Of a stretch of DNA of 64,000 nucleotides, positions 19,078 to 29,443 are shown in pieces. The position numbers and the translations under genes were made by a program. A model generated the notes under the pieces. The model did not search any database. It was not told where the DNA came from and worked only from the letters and a program-made list of their open reading frames with translations. The stretch is taken from assembly GCA_934100165.1 (NCBI GenBank), contig CAKOPN010000001.1, forward strand, positions 180,389 through 244,388. The letters run 5' to 3'. Numbering within the stretch: position 1 is the stretch's first letter; every line of letters starts with the position of its first letter. The DNA comes from an uncultured Bacilli bacterium (GTDB taxonomy: Bacteria > Bacillota_I > Bacilli_A > RF39 > UBA660).

Positions 19078-19836
19078 CTATCTTTCAATTTCAATTTTTC
19101 TATTTATCATTTTAATCACTTTATTTATCAAGGAGTCAAATTCATTCTTTTTTGAAGTTGATACATCAACGCTATTTGCAAAGCTTATAATGTTACCAGT
19201 TTTTTCAAGTATTTTAAAACTCTCATTAAAGTTAATATCATACATAAAAGCAAGCGTTTTTATAACATTATCACTATTTGTTTTCACATACTTCAAATCA
19301 ACACATCTCTTAGCTTTAAAACTTGAAAGCACTTCTTTACTAACTTCATCAAAGCCATATTTTTCATTAAAATAGACACTCATAACTCTATAAATATCAA
19401 CTTTATCCATATCCCTTATCATTTTAGTAAAAAGTACCACCCGTTCATCTTGGAACTTTGGTATTTCATATTTATTATGATATTTAATAGCATTTCTAAT
19501 GATTTCATAATAGGAAGAATCGTCAATAAAATCTCTTATATGGCCTTCATTAAAAAGGTAACTTGCACCTATCTCCGCGTGATCTTGAGTTTTCAAGTCA
19601 TGCCAGTCTTTATATTTGGTAATTTGTTCAAATCTACCGATATCATGTAAAAGGCCAATAATTTTAGCAAGAGTTATATAGTCACTAGAAAGTTTAAGCA
19701 TACGAGCAAGTTCCCCCATTAAATTAGCTACTTTCAATGTATGATCATACTTTAAATAAATATATTCTTCACTAATATCATAGTTTTTAACATATTTATT
19801 AAAGGCTTCTTCTGCTTTCAAGTAATCAATAGCCAT
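19078..19836 (-). CDS. HD-domain phosphohydrolase
   Basis: LLHDIGR HD motif. Confidence 0.65.
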   Translation of the reverse strand: MAIDYLKAEEAFNKYVKNYDISEEYIYLKYDHTLKVANLMGELARMLKLSSDYITLAKIIGLLHDIGRFEQITKYKDWHDLKTQDHAEIGASYLFNEGHIRDFIDDSSYYEIIRNAIKYHNKYEIPKFQDERVVLFTKMIRDMDKVDIYRVMSVYFNEKYGFDEVSKEVLSSFKAKRCVDLKYVKTNSDNVIKTLAFMYDINFNESFKILEKTGNIISFANSVDVSTSKKNEFDSLINKVIKMINRKIEIER

Positions 19837-19869
19837 AAAAAAAATTCCTCCTCAAATCACTATTTAAGG

Positions 19870-20040
19870 ACGAATTTTTCCGCGGTACCACCTTATTTTG
19901 CAACAAAAAGTTACACAACTTAATTATCATTTAACGCAATGAACACGTAATTCTCTATTTACTTAAGAATTATACTCCCCCGCTACCTTCATATGTACAA
20001 AGCATTAACTTTCACCATTTGTTAACTCTCTTAAGAATTG
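19870..20040 (-). promoter_or_regulatory. Candidate T-box leader upstream of the HD-valS operon
   Basis: Minus-strand AAGGTGGTACCGCGG matches the T-box consensus AANNNGGGTGGNACCGCG. An AGAGAG box is upstream. A TTGATT-N18-TATTAT promoter-like element lies near 20070..20110. Confidence 0.45.
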
Positions 20041-20131
20041 TACAAATTACTCCTCGGCTTCAACGTATTTACTTAAAAAGTATTATAATATTATTCTAGT
20101 TATTTGTAAATCAAAATATTTTTATCTTTAC

Positions 20132-21784
20132 CTATTTTAAAACATAAGGATCACTGCTAATTCCAGTTCCACCTGCTATAACAGCACTATTTGTGATACT
20201 AATAACTGGTCTAACATAAGAAGTATCTTTTATATTTTTGCTTAAAATATTACCAGATGTATCAACAACATTTAATGTTTCAGTACCACTATTAGAAAGT
20301 GTCCAGTATTCTTGGTTACTACCAATCGTATACATATCACCTATCTTAGGTATACCAACTTTAATATTTAAAATATTGCTGTTGTCACAAGTAAAACTAT
20401 ATTTTGTTGTAGGAGTAACTAAGCTTACACAAAAGTCACCTACTACAAGTTTTTTACTATCTTCCTCAGGAAGATTTCCATACCACTCTGTATTTAAAAG
20501 TTTACCTATTGTAGTGCCTTGGTTATAAGTCGGTGTAATTATTTCATCAAACACTGTATTTAAGCTTGGAATAACATTTACTTTAACCAATCTAGTATAA
20601 TTAGTAGTAGTATTTATTATTCTATAAAGTTCTCCAGCAAAATTAACATATTCACCAGCATACCTTGTATTAAGAAGTGTACCAGTAAGAGCAGTACTTT
20701 CTCCTACTAATCTATAAGGATTATCTTTTGTACCTTCACCACCATAAGCATATGTAATGTTTGGATTAAGCACTATTGAAGGTCTTATTCCAACATATGT
20801 ATTTACACTAGCACTTACAGGGTTATTATTAGATATATACCAGTTATCGCTTTCACTAGATTTTGAAATTAACCACCAAGAATAATCACTATTTAAGAAT
20901 TCTTTTGATTTATCATATTCATAGTAATTAAGTAAACCAACTCTAGACTGCGTAACATTAGAAGTACCTGGCATACCAGAATTTGTAACTACACTATAGT
21001 TCCAATTAGCATTAAGTAAATAATAATCCGGATTTCTAAGTGTCTTTAAAAATGTATTATTAAGCCAAATATCAACATTACTATTATTAAAGTTTGATGA
21101 AGAATCATTAAATGGTAAAACAGTTACTACTTCATCTGATATTAGTTTAACTGTTTTATTATTATCGTTATAACTAACAATTCTCCACATTTTACCTGAA
21201 TAATAAACATAATTGTCAGGAGCATTTCCAGTTATATATCTATCAGCATTGCTATCAGCACCTGTTGCACTCAAACCAGAAATTTTGTCATATAAAACAT
21301 TTTCACGTTCTGCAACATATTTATCACAAGATTCTGTATTTTCTTTTAATTTTGAATATTCAACTTTATTTCTCTTCGCACACACAAGACTAGATTCAAC
21401 AGTTTTCTTACCATTAACATTTCTAATACGAACATCAATATAATTTTTGCTACTATCAATATCTTCAAAATTAGTAAGGTCATAAGAAGAGGCACCATTA
21501 CAAGTTACACCATCTTCATCAAACTCTTTTAAGTATTTATTCTTTACTAAAAATTCTACACTTGTGTCAATACACCCACTAGCATTTACTCCTCCTAAAT
21601 CATCTTTTCTACTATCAGCGTATAAAAGTGCAGCTTTTTCAATTAAATTATAATATTCATCATACTTTTTATTCTTGTTTTCCTTCATTAGTCTTGTTGT
21701 GGCAGGAAGTACAATAAGAAGTAAAAGTCCCATTATAACAATAACTGCAATAAGCTCAATTAAAGTAAATCCTTTCTTTTTCAT
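20132..21784 (-). CDS. Large type IV pilin-like protein with a class III (prepilin) signal
   Basis: MKKKGFTLIELIAVIVIMG prepilin leader and hydrophobic helix. About 550 aa. An extended -10 promoter is upstream. Confidence 0.6.
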   Translation of the reverse strand: MKKKGFTLIELIAVIVIMGLLLLIVLPATTRLMKENKNKKYDEYYNLIEKAALLYADSRKDDLGGVNASGCIDTSVEFLVKNKYLKEFDEDGVTCNGASSYDLTNFEDIDSSKNYIDVRIRNVNGKKTVESSLVCAKRNKVEYSKLKENTESCDKYVAERENVLYDKISGLSATGADSNADRYITGNAPDNYVYYSGKMWRIVSYNDNNKTVKLISDEVVTVLPFNDSSSNFNNSNVDIWLNNTFLKTLRNPDYYLLNANWNYSVVTNSGMPGTSNVTQSRVGLLNYYEYDKSKEFLNSDYSWWLISKSSESDNWYISNNNPVSASVNTYVGIRPSIVLNPNITYAYGGEGTKDNPYRLVGESTALTGTLLNTRYAGEYVNFAGELYRIINTTTNYTRLVKVNVIPSLNTVFDEIITPTYNQGTTIGKLLNTEWYGNLPEEDSKKLVVGDFCVSLVTPTTKYSFTCDNSNILNIKVGIPKIGDMYTIGSNQEYWTLSNSGTETLNVVDTSGNILSKNIKDTSYVRPVISITNSAVIAGGTGISSDPYVLK

Positions 21785-21807
21785 AGACACCATCCTATTC
21801 TACAAAA

Positions 21808-21816
21808 ATTATAACA
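21808..21816 (-). promoter_or_regulatory. Extended -10 promoter (TGtTATAAT) for the large pilin-like gene
   Basis: Minus-strand cttgtgTTATAAT about 30 nt upstream of the ribosome-binding site. Confidence 0.4.
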
Positions 21817-21867
21817 CAAGTTTATATTTGTTTAAACAAAATGTTTCTTTATCATAAAATATTATAG

Positions 21868-22095
21868 GTGATTACAATGTTCAAACCGCAAAAACACAAT
21901 GCATTTTGTAGATGTGATATTTGTAAAGCAAAAAGAAGAGGAAATGTTTTATATCTTGTCTTTTTAATTTTCCTACTTTTAATTATTTTCTATCAGTCTT
22001 TAATACTAATTTTTATTACAACAAAAATAAATGCTATACTTCTTTTTCTAGAATTTATAGCATTCTTATTTATCATTTTTATGGTCGTAATTTAA
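21868..22095 (+). CDS. Putative small membrane protein with an N-terminal Cys cluster
   Basis: CRCDICKAK motif followed by a hydrophobic tail, with a GGTGA ribosome-binding site. It could be an AT-rich artefact and overlaps the 3-prime end of the convergent gene. Confidence 0.25.
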   Translation: MITMFKPQKHNAFCRCDICKAKRRGNVLYLVFLIFLLLIIFYQSLILIFITTKINAILLFLEFIAFLFIIFMVVI

Positions 22096-22962
22096 AGCAA
22101 ATTTCACTACTTTTGAGTGATATAGATAAAGCTTATAAACTTCTTTTGTATTATTAAGTTCATCATCTGTAAATTTAATTTCTAAAGGCATAAGAAGGAT
22201 TGCAAGTAAAAGATACATTTCATGTGGCATAAGTTGATATTTAGCAGCATATATTCTGAAAAATGTTTCAAATTCCACTACTTCAAAATTATTTCTAAAA
22301 AATGATGCAAGATCATTAACTGGAGAATCAAAGTTAGCTCTATTCCAGCTTATAAGGTATGAATTATCTCCCACTAAAATATGTGATAAATCTAAATTAT
22401 TGTGATTAAGGCTCATTCTTTTACTAGTCTTTTCTTTTGCTATTGTATACCACAGTTCAATAAAGTGTTTGCTTAAATCTATTGTATTAAATATTTGTGC
22501 AATATTTCTTATTAATAAATATTCACTAGGAGAAAGAAATTTATTTTCATCATACATATAGCAAAGGTTATCGTAATAATTTCTAATTTGTAAAAGTTTA
22601 TCTACATGGTCTTCATAAAAGCATTTCACCTCATCTAGGGAAATGCTTTTATAAAATGTTGTTTTATTATGTAACATACTAAGTATGTACATCATTTCTG
22701 TAGCTTTATCTTCATCTTGCATAGGTATTTCATTTATATAAGGTGTCATCTCATAAGGTTCATCATCTTTATCAAGCCTATCAAGTACGTTAAAAAACTG
22801 TCTTTTTTTTAAATATTCGTAAACATTTTTTATATTAGAATTTTCTTTTGGTTTAAAGCAGTATGTACCTTCACAAGTTGTTATTACATGTACCTTTCCT
22901 ATCTTTTTATATTTTTTAATGGTAAGATTATACTCTTTAGCAATCTCTTTTACACTATTCAT
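22066..22962 (-). CDS. CotS/YutH-like kinase-fold protein (spore coat associated family)
   Basis: HNNLDLSHILVGDN kinase-like catalytic loop. Confidence 0.5.
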   Translation of the reverse strand: MNSVKEIAKEYNLTIKKYKKIGKVHVITTCEGTYCFKPKENSNIKNVYEYLKKRQFFNVLDRLDKDDEPYEMTPYINEIPMQDEDKATEMMYILSMLHNKTTFYKSISLDEVKCFYEDHVDKLLQIRNYYDNLCYMYDENKFLSPSEYLLIRNIAQIFNTIDLSKHFIELWYTIAKEKTSKRMSLNHNNLDLSHILVGDNSYLISWNRANFDSPVNDLASFFRNNFEVVEFETFFRIYAAKYQLMPHEMYLLLAILLMPLEIKFTDDELNNTKEVYKLYLYHSKVVKFALNYDHKNDK

Positions 22963-23827
22963 CTTTACTACTTGGTATTATTATCTTACTACCAATTTTC
23001 ATATCACTTAAATCATTATATTCTTCTAGTTGTTCACGTGTTGTATTATATTTAGTCATAATGTTTTCTATAGAATCATTTTCTCTTACTATGTATATAC
23101 TGTAAGTCGAATATGTTTCTGTCGATGAGTCAAATGATGAAAATAATGATGCTCCATCTGTTTTCATATCATCACTTTCATTTTTTACTAAAATGGTTTT
23201 CTCTTTCTTAATGTTTTCAGTATCAACACTGTTTACTGCAATACTTTGAACTTCTTTCTCATTTTCTACACTTTCTACGTCATCCAAAGTCATTTTCTCC
23301 TCGCTATCTCTATTTTCTTCACTAGCCTTTTCATCTTTTATGATAGCATCCGCCTTATCTGTGATTTCTTTTTCACTATGACTATCTAAATCATCAAGCT
23401 CTAACTTTTCCTTAGTGTCACTTTCCATAAATAAATCATCAAGAGTTACTAAATTATCTTCTTCTTTTTCCTTTTCATCTTCTTTTACTTCTTCCACTTT
23501 CTTAAGTTCAAGTTTATCAAGAAGTAAATCAATATTAACTCTCAAAATCTCTTCATCTACTACTTCGTATGTAAAATCATCGATATCAATAACTAAGTTT
23601 GTAAGATCATATTTATCATCCATAACAATGTCTACAGGTATTTTATAAGAAAAGTCATTTTCAAGTTGACTTGCTGCAGTCATTTTATAAGTTCCTGAGA
23701 CTATAAAGTCACCTTTAATGCTGTCACTTCCAGAAAGCATCAAAGTATGTTCTAAAGAAATAGATGTTATTTTATTTATCATTGTTTTAAATTCTATGTC
23801 CTTTGTAAAAGATACTATTTCATGCAT
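22955..23827 (-). CDS. SpoVID/SipL-like protein with an N-terminal domain, an acidic linker and a C-terminal LysM domain
   Basis: The C-terminal segment YSIYIVRENDSIENIMTKYNTT...IGSKIIIP is a LysM domain. There is a long Asp/Glu-rich middle region. Confidence 0.45.
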   Translation of the reverse strand: MHEIVSFTKDIEFKTMINKITSISLEHTLMLSGSDSIKGDFIVSGTYKMTAASQLENDFSYKIPVDIVMDDKYDLTNLVIDIDDFTYEVVDEEILRVNIDLLLDKLELKKVEEVKEDEKEKEEDNLVTLDDLFMESDTKEKLELDDLDSHSEKEITDKADAIIKDEKASEENRDSEEKMTLDDVESVENEKEVQSIAVNSVDTENIKKEKTILVKNESDDMKTDGASLFSSFDSSTETYSTYSIYIVRENDSIENIMTKYNTTREQLEEYNDLSDMKIGSKIIIPSSKDE

Positions 23828-23880
23828 AAAATCATTCCTTTCCTTTCTATTAGAATATATGTAAATTTAAGAAATTTATA

Positions 23881-23918
23881 ACAAAAAAATGTTAACTTTT
23901 AATCTCCAAAGTTAACAT
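23881..23918 (-). terminator. Intrinsic terminator of the dnaG-rpoD-trmK operon
   Basis: 11-bp stem atgttaacttt/aaagttaacat overlapping the trmK stop, followed by a U-run. Confidence 0.6.
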
Positions 23919-24572
23919 TTTTATCTCTTCATTTATAACATGTCTTTTATTACTCAAACTACCTGGAATCATAGAAAGAATATTTTCTTTTTCATCCTTC
24001 AAATAAGTATAATATTTATAAAACATTCTATTTTTATTTTCTAACAAGCAAGGTCCAAAATAAAGCTCTTTATAAGAATAATTTTTATTGCCCTTAATAA
24101 ATTTCATAATTATATAATATTTGCCATCTTCAAGGACAATTGCTTCACTTTCAATAATAAATCCAAGTTTTGTTATTTTTTCTCTTACTTGGTAAAACTT
24201 ATTGTTGGAGGATATTACAAGTTTTTTTATATTCGAAAGTTTTTCTTTATTATCATTTAATATTTGTACAATAGTATCCATTCCCATACCCGATATTACT
24301 ATCGTATCAGTATCAGTAGAAAGTCTTTCTATTCCATTTGCTTGTTGCACTTTGATTTTATCTTGTAACGAATATTTTTTTATATTTTCTAAAGCTTTTT
24401 GAAGTGGTCCTTCATTTATATCTGAAGCAGTTACCACTAGTGTCTCATCATTTTGTAAAAGATATATATCTAAAAGTGCATGATCACATCCAACATCAAT
24501 AATACTTCTAGAAATCTTATCATCTAAAACAAAATCTGAAACTTTTTGTAATCTTTCACTTAGTTTAATCAA
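23892..24572 (-). CDS. trmK: tRNA (adenine22-N1)-methyltransferase TrmK (YqfN family)
   Basis: [18 protein letters not shown]-methyltransferase motif. It sits downstream of rpoD as in Bacillus. Confidence 0.7.
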   Translation of the reverse strand: MIKLSERLQKVSDFVLDDKISRSIIDVGCDHALLDIYLLQNDETLVVTASDINEGPLQKALENIKKYSLQDKIKVQQANGIERLSTDTDTIVISGMGMDTIVQILNDNKEKLSNIKKLVISSNNKFYQVREKITKLGFIIESEAIVLEDGKYYIIMKFIKGNKNYSYKELYFGPCLLENKNRMFYKYYTYLKDEKENILSMIPGSLSNKRHVINEEIKMLTLEIKS

Positions 24573-25662
24573 TTAAGAAATCCTTTAATTTTCTAGAACG
24601 TGATGGATGTCTTAGTTTTCTTAAAGCTTTTGCTTCGATTTGACGTATTCTTTCTCTTGTTACACCAAATATTTGTCCAACTTCTTCAAGAGTTCTGCAT
24701 TGTCCATCATCAAGTCCAAATCTTAATCTTAAAACTTTTTCTTCCCTATCAGTTAATGTAAGTAATACATTTGTAAGTTCTTCTTTAAGCATTTCTACAG
24801 TAGCATACTCTTCTGGAGACATTGTTCTCTCATCTTTAAGGAAATCTCCTAAATGAGAATCATCTTCTTCACCTATTGGTGTTTCCAAAGATACTGGATC
24901 TTGAGATATTTTATATACTTCACGAACCTTATCTACTGTTATATTTAACTTTTTAGCAATTTCTTCTTCTGTTGGTTCACGGTTCAACTCTTGAGTAAGT
25001 TGTCTTTGAACACGAGCAAGTTTGTTTATTGTTTCTACCATATGAACTGGTACTCTTATTGTTCTTGCTTGGTCTGCAATTGCACGTGTTATAGCTTGTC
25101 TAATCCACCATGTAGCATAAGTTGAGAACTTATATCCTTTTGTAGGATCAAATTTGTCAACCGCTTTCATAAGTCCAATGTTTCCTTCTTGAATTAAATC
25201 AAGGAAAAGCATACCACGGCCAACATATCTTTTTGCAATACTTACAACAAGTCTTAAGTTAGACTCAGCAAGCATCTTTTTAGCATATTCATCGCCTTCT
25301 TCAGCAAGACGAGCATATTCAAATTCCTCATCTGTTGTAAGAAGGTTAATTCTACCTATTTCCTTTAAATACATTCTAACTGGATCATTTATTTTGATAT
25401 CTTTAGACATAGTCAAATCTTCTACAACAAGACCTGATGGGTCTTCTGCATCATTATTGTTATCTGCAGTTTCACTAATTATTTCTATTCCATTTTCTAC
25501 AAGAGCATTATATAGATCATCAAGTGTATCACTATCTACTTCAAGTCCTTTAAGTTCACCAGCTATCTCTTCATATGTTACATAACCTTTTTTCTTACCA
25601 GACTCTATTAGTTTATTTTTTCTCTCTTCGATAGTCTTAATTTCTTCTAACATAATATTCAC
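24565..25662 (-). CDS. rpoD: RNA polymerase primary sigma factor SigA/RpoD
   Basis: Regions 1.2 to 4.2 are present, including the IRVPVHMVE motif and the 4.2 HTH. Confidence 0.95.
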   Translation of the reverse strand: MNIMLEEIKTIEERKNKLIESGKKKGYVTYEEIAGELKGLEVDSDTLDDLYNALVENGIEIISETADNNNDAEDPSGLVVEDLTMSKDIKINDPVRMYLKEIGRINLLTTDEEFEYARLAEEGDEYAKKMLAESNLRLVVSIAKRYVGRGMLFLDLIQEGNIGLMKAVDKFDPTKGYKFSTYATWWIRQAITRAIADQARTIRVPVHMVETINKLARVQRQLTQELNREPTEEEIAKKLNITVDKVREVYKISQDPVSLETPIGEEDDSHLGDFLKDERTMSPEEYATVEMLKEELTNVLLTLTDREEKVLRLRFGLDDGQCRTLEEVGQIFGVTRERIRQIEAKALRKLRHPSRSRKLKDFLID

Positions 25663-27386
25663 TCCCCGATTCTTAATAATCTTATCTTTTCAGCAATTTT
25701 AGCTTTTTCCATTTCATCAGGCTCTTTTCTCATAATTTCATTTAGATTTTTTATTTCTTCTCTAACATTGTAGTCACTGATTACTTTAACGTATTCATTT
25801 ATTGTTTCGTTGCTGATTTCGTCGCCTAAACCTAAGTTTAAAACTTTTTCAAAGACTATTAACAATTCTTTTTTATCATTTAAATAAGTATAGAAATCAG
25901 CTATAACTATATCACCATATGTATGGTAATAATAACTAATTTCCCCAGCTAAAGCACGCATATCTTTATCGAGAAAATAAAGCTTTTTGCTATCATAAAC
26001 CTTTATTACTAAAGGATTTATAAGCATAAAATATATAAATTCTAGTGATGCTCTAGTATATTTATCAAGTTTGGAATCTTTTTTTTCTATCAAAAATGCA
26101 TTGTCGGAAGCCTGTCCCTTTTCTAAAAGAAGAGTATACTCATTTAATTTTTTTTCTAGTGTATTATAACTCAAATTAACTTCATTTGCAAGTTTTTTTA
26201 ATATTATTTCTTGCCTTATTTCATCTTTTATGTTACTGGTTTCTTTAAGTACCCTATTTACATAGTTGGAAAGTTCAACATCACTTGCAAAATTTACGCC
26301 TTCTTTTAATCTATTTATTCTAAAATCACTATAATTAACAGCACCTTCTATCATTGCTAAAAACTTATCTTTACCATTTTTAAGTATATATGTATCAGGG
26401 TCATCATCATTAGTAAGTGCTATTACTTTAACATTAAGTCCTGACTTCTCTAAAAGTTCCCCATTATGAAGTGCCGCATCAAGCCCTGGTTTATCACCAT
26501 CAAGGCACAAATAAACATTTAAAGAAAGTTTCTTCAAAAGAGAAATTTGATCCTCTGTTAATGCTGTTCCCATAAGTGCTACTGTATTTTTAACACCTAT
26601 CGTGCTAGCACGTATAACGTCCATAAAGCCTTCCATGACAATAACATACTTTTCAATTCTAACAAACTCTTTTGAAGCATTATAATGATACAAACACGTA
26701 CCTTTCCTAAATATAGGCGTTTCCTTAGTGTTTAAATACTTACTAAGCTTACTATCAGTATATATTCTTCCACTAAATCCAACCGTTCTACCATTTCTAT
26801 CATCAAGTGGGAAAATAATTCTGTTAATAAAAACATCTATATCCCCATTAGCAAGGCCAATATCATTGAGTGTATTTACATCATATTTTTTTTCTTTCAA
26901 AAACTTTTGTAATTTATCTTTAGATTCAGTAGCAAGACCAATTCCAAATTCTTTTATAGCATCACTATCTATTCCTCTTTTACTAAGATACTCTCTTGCT
27001 TCCTTACCACTATCAGTAGTAAGCATAAGCTGATAATACTTCCCAGCAAGTTCATATATATCATAATACTTTGTATATTTATTACTAACTATACTTGAAT
27101 CACTTATCTTTACACCTGCTTTATCTCCAAGTGCTTTAAGTGCTTCTCTAAATGAAACATTTTCAATTTGTTCATAAAAGTTAAAGACATTACCACTATT
27201 ATGACAACTCCAACATGTATAAGTCTGTCTTCTAGGATCAACACTCATAGAAGGATTTTTATCATTATGAAAAGGACAAATTCCCCAGTAATATTGCCCT
27301 TTTTTAGTAAGTGAAACATAGTTACTTACAAGATCAACGATATCAATTTTGCTTCTAATTTCATTTATAACATTTTGATTATCCAT
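25659..27386 (-). CDS. dnaG: DNA primase DnaG
   Basis: Zinc-ribbon [10 protein letters not shown]...C..C motif plus a TOPRIM domain. Confidence 0.9.
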   Translation of the reverse strand: MDNQNVINEIRSKIDIVDLVSNYVSLTKKGQYYWGICPFHNDKNPSMSVDPRRQTYTCWSCHNSGNVFNFYEQIENVSFREALKALGDKAGVKISDSSIVSNKYTKYYDIYELAGKYYQLMLTTDSGKEAREYLSKRGIDSDAIKEFGIGLATESKDKLQKFLKEKKYDVNTLNDIGLANGDIDVFINRIIFPLDDRNGRTVGFSGRIYTDSKLSKYLNTKETPIFRKGTCLYHYNASKEFVRIEKYVIVMEGFMDVIRASTIGVKNTVALMGTALTEDQISLLKKLSLNVYLCLDGDKPGLDAALHNGELLEKSGLNVKVIALTNDDDPDTYILKNGKDKFLAMIEGAVNYSDFRINRLKEGVNFASDVELSNYVNRVLKETSNIKDEIRQEIILKKLANEVNLSYNTLEKKLNEYTLLLEKGQASDNAFLIEKKDSKLDKYTRASLEFIYFMLINPLVIKVYDSKKLYFLDKDMRALAGEISYYYHTYGDIVIADFYTYLNDKKELLIVFEKVLNLGLGDEISNETINEYVKVISDYNVREEIKNLNEIMRKEPDEMEKAKIAEKIRLLRIGE

Positions 27387-27505
27387 AAAAATCCCTCATG
27401 ACAAGATATATTATACACCAACAATTACAAAATTCTATAAAAAACTACTTTTGTTATACACAAAAAGAAAAGAATCTTACTAAGTAAGACTCTTATAAAC
27501 ATAAA

Positions 27506-27582
<77 letters not shown>

Positions 27583-27627
27583 ATGTATAACCAAAATACA
27601 TATTAGATTATACATTACTTTTTTAAA

Positions 27628-28572
27628 TTATTCAACATTTTTTACACTTTTTTTGCAAATTTCTTTTTCTCCCACTTTAAATACGACTTCTTGCACATTA
27701 TCATAACTTGAAAAAACTGAATAACTTATCGAGTAAACCACCTCTTCTAAAATACTATCCTTATCCATAAATATACTATTATTAAAGTTAAGAATCATTG
27801 AATCATTCTTAATTTCATAGCTAATAAGCTCTATATTTTTATCAAGTAAACTTATTAAATTAGGCTCAAATATATAATTACTACTTAATTCATCTATAAT
27901 AATTTTTACCTTTTCTCTTTTATCATTAACATATTTAGTAATTGGCACATAATAAGTTTTATCATCTATATTAGAAATATAATATATAACTATTTTAGAT
28001 ATATCAATAAAGTTCTTAAGTTCTACACGTTTGTTAATACCATATTCCTTTGTAATTATATCAGGTATATTTTTCGGAAATAGTCTTGATATATTATCCC
28101 CTTCCACATATATAACTACTCCGTTTACTCCATCTAATTCTAGTATAGAAAAACTAATTGATTCCACTATTTTCTCTATTTCTTGATGATCTATATCTAA
28201 AAATCCTTTAGAAAAATTTAAATATGCAATATTCTCATCAACATTAACATCAATTAACTCAATATTTTTAGGGATAAGTCCATAAAGCCCATCTGGAACA
28301 GTTGAATCTCCACCAATTGTAAGTTTATTGATAATATCTTTTATAGTAGTATTCAAATCTTCATTTTTTACTTTAAAATTAACTTTTGTAAGTTGTGAAG
28401 ATTCATTTACCAAGTAAATACTTATATCCCTAGGTTTTGAATATTTTACAATGTTTCGACTTTTATTAGATGTTATATTAGAGGGAATAAGATATATTGA
28501 TAATAATATAAGAAGAACAAATGTAGTAATAAATATTTTTCTTTTAGCTTTTCTCTTTAACACAAAGATCAC
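27628..28572 (-). CDS. GerM-like protein (two GerMN-like domains)
   Basis: N-terminal anchor and two repeats with the GerMN-like pattern ...VPDGLYGLIPKNIELIDVNVDENIAYLNFS... Confidence 0.45.
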   Translation of the reverse strand: MIFVLKRKAKRKIFITTFVLLILLSIYLIPSNITSNKSRNIVKYSKPRDISIYLVNESSQLTKVNFKVKNEDLNTTIKDIINKLTIGGDSTVPDGLYGLIPKNIELIDVNVDENIAYLNFSKGFLDIDHQEIEKIVESISFSILELDGVNGVVIYVEGDNISRLFPKNIPDIITKEYGINKRVELKNFIDISKIVIYYISNIDDKTYYVPITKYVNDKREKVKIIIDELSSNYIFEPNLISLLDKNIELISYEIKNDSMILNFNNSIFMDKDSILEEVVYSISYSVFSSYDNVQEVVFKVGEKEICKKSVKNVE

Positions 28573-28592
28573 CTAATAAATAATATGTATTA

Positions 28593-28820
28593 TTATAAAG
28601 ATAATTCTTTTAATTTTATAAGTTCTATAATTGCGCCACTTCTTGCTTTTACTCCAAGTTTTTGCATAGCGTTAGATATGTGATTTCTAACCGTTTTTTC
28701 GCTTATTGAAAGTTCTTTAGCAATTTCTTTAGTAGTTTTATTTTGTATTAAAAGGTTAAATACTGCCCTTTCTCTACTTGTTAATATACTTTTGATATTA
28801 TCTCCTCTCTTTCCAAACAA
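28593..28820 (-). CDS. gerE: GerE-family LuxR-type transcriptional regulator
   Basis: LTSRERAVFNLLIQNKTTKEIAKELSISEKTVRNHISNAMQKLGV is near-identical in pattern to B. subtilis GerE. It appears to start at TTG. Confidence 0.75.
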   Translation of the reverse strand: MFGKRGDNIKSILTSRERAVFNLLIQNKTTKEIAKELSISEKTVRNHISNAMQKLGVKARSGAIIELIKLKELSL

Positions 28821-28847
28821 AAATTTCTCATATTATTTTATGAGAAA
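28812..28847 (-). terminator. Hairpin and U-tract between the SpoIIIAH-like gene and gerE, acting as a terminator or regulatory inverted repeat
   Basis: Perfect 9-bp stem tttctcata/tatgagaaa with a 6-nt loop, then UUUUUGUUU. It overlaps a CATAaaaTA sigma-K-like -10 element. Confidence 0.45.
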
Positions 28848-28878
28848 CTCTTTATTTGTTGAGGGGATTTACCCATTG

Positions 28879-29385
28879 TTACTTAAAGTTCACTGTTACA
28901 TAAACTTTTTCTTTGTATTCTTCTTGTACTGTTCGCATTATATTGTTAGCAAGTTTAACATCATGATTTTTAGAAATAGCAATTACATTTATTTGGTTAT
29001 TATCTATTTCTACGAATGAATCGACGTTAAGTTTGCTTTTTATTTTATTTTCTAGTTTTTCTTCTTCACCTAAAACAGTGTTTAAGTAAGTTAGTTTGTC
29101 ATAGGCATTATTTTTCTCTTCCGTAGTAGCAGTACTACTAGTTAAAATGCTTTGTAAATCCGTCTTTTCTAATCTTCTTTCTTCCTCTTTGTCTACTCTA
29201 AGTGATACTAGTATTTCACTTTCTTCTTGTTCCAAATTAACTTTTTCTTCATTATTTTTATTATCATTATTTTTTTCTAAGTCTGTTTTCAAAAGTAATT
29301 CATTTGGCATAGTTACATAATAAACACTTAGTACTAGTATTAGTGAAAAAAGTGTTAAAAACCATAAATTCTGCTTATTTATCAT
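28879..29385 (-). CDS. SpoIIIAH-like membrane-anchored protein (tentative)
   Basis: N-terminal transmembrane helix, a charged linker, and a C-terminal ...NVIAISKNHDVKLANNIMRTVQEEY pattern that resembles the SpoIIIAH/YscJ-like C-terminus. Confidence 0.35.
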   Translation of the reverse strand: MINKQNLWFLTLFSLILVLSVYYVTMPNELLLKTDLEKNNDNKNNEEKVNLEQEESEILVSLRVDKEEERRLEKTDLQSILTSSTATTEEKNNAYDKLTYLNTVLGEEEKLENKIKSKLNVDSFVEIDNNQINVIAISKNHDVKLANNIMRTVQEEYKEKVYVTVNFK

Positions 29386-29443
29386 AAATCCTTCCTCTTT
29401 TCTAATACATTATATTAAAAGAGAAAAAAGATATGCTAAAAAG

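Noticed and set aside
28821-28878. Sigma-K-type promoter call for gerE (AC-N16-CATAaaaTA)
   Set aside because: It is suggestive, but the element coincides with a strong hairpin plus U-tract. I cannot distinguish a promoter from a terminator on sequence alone, so it is reported only as a hairpin or regulatory inverted repeat.
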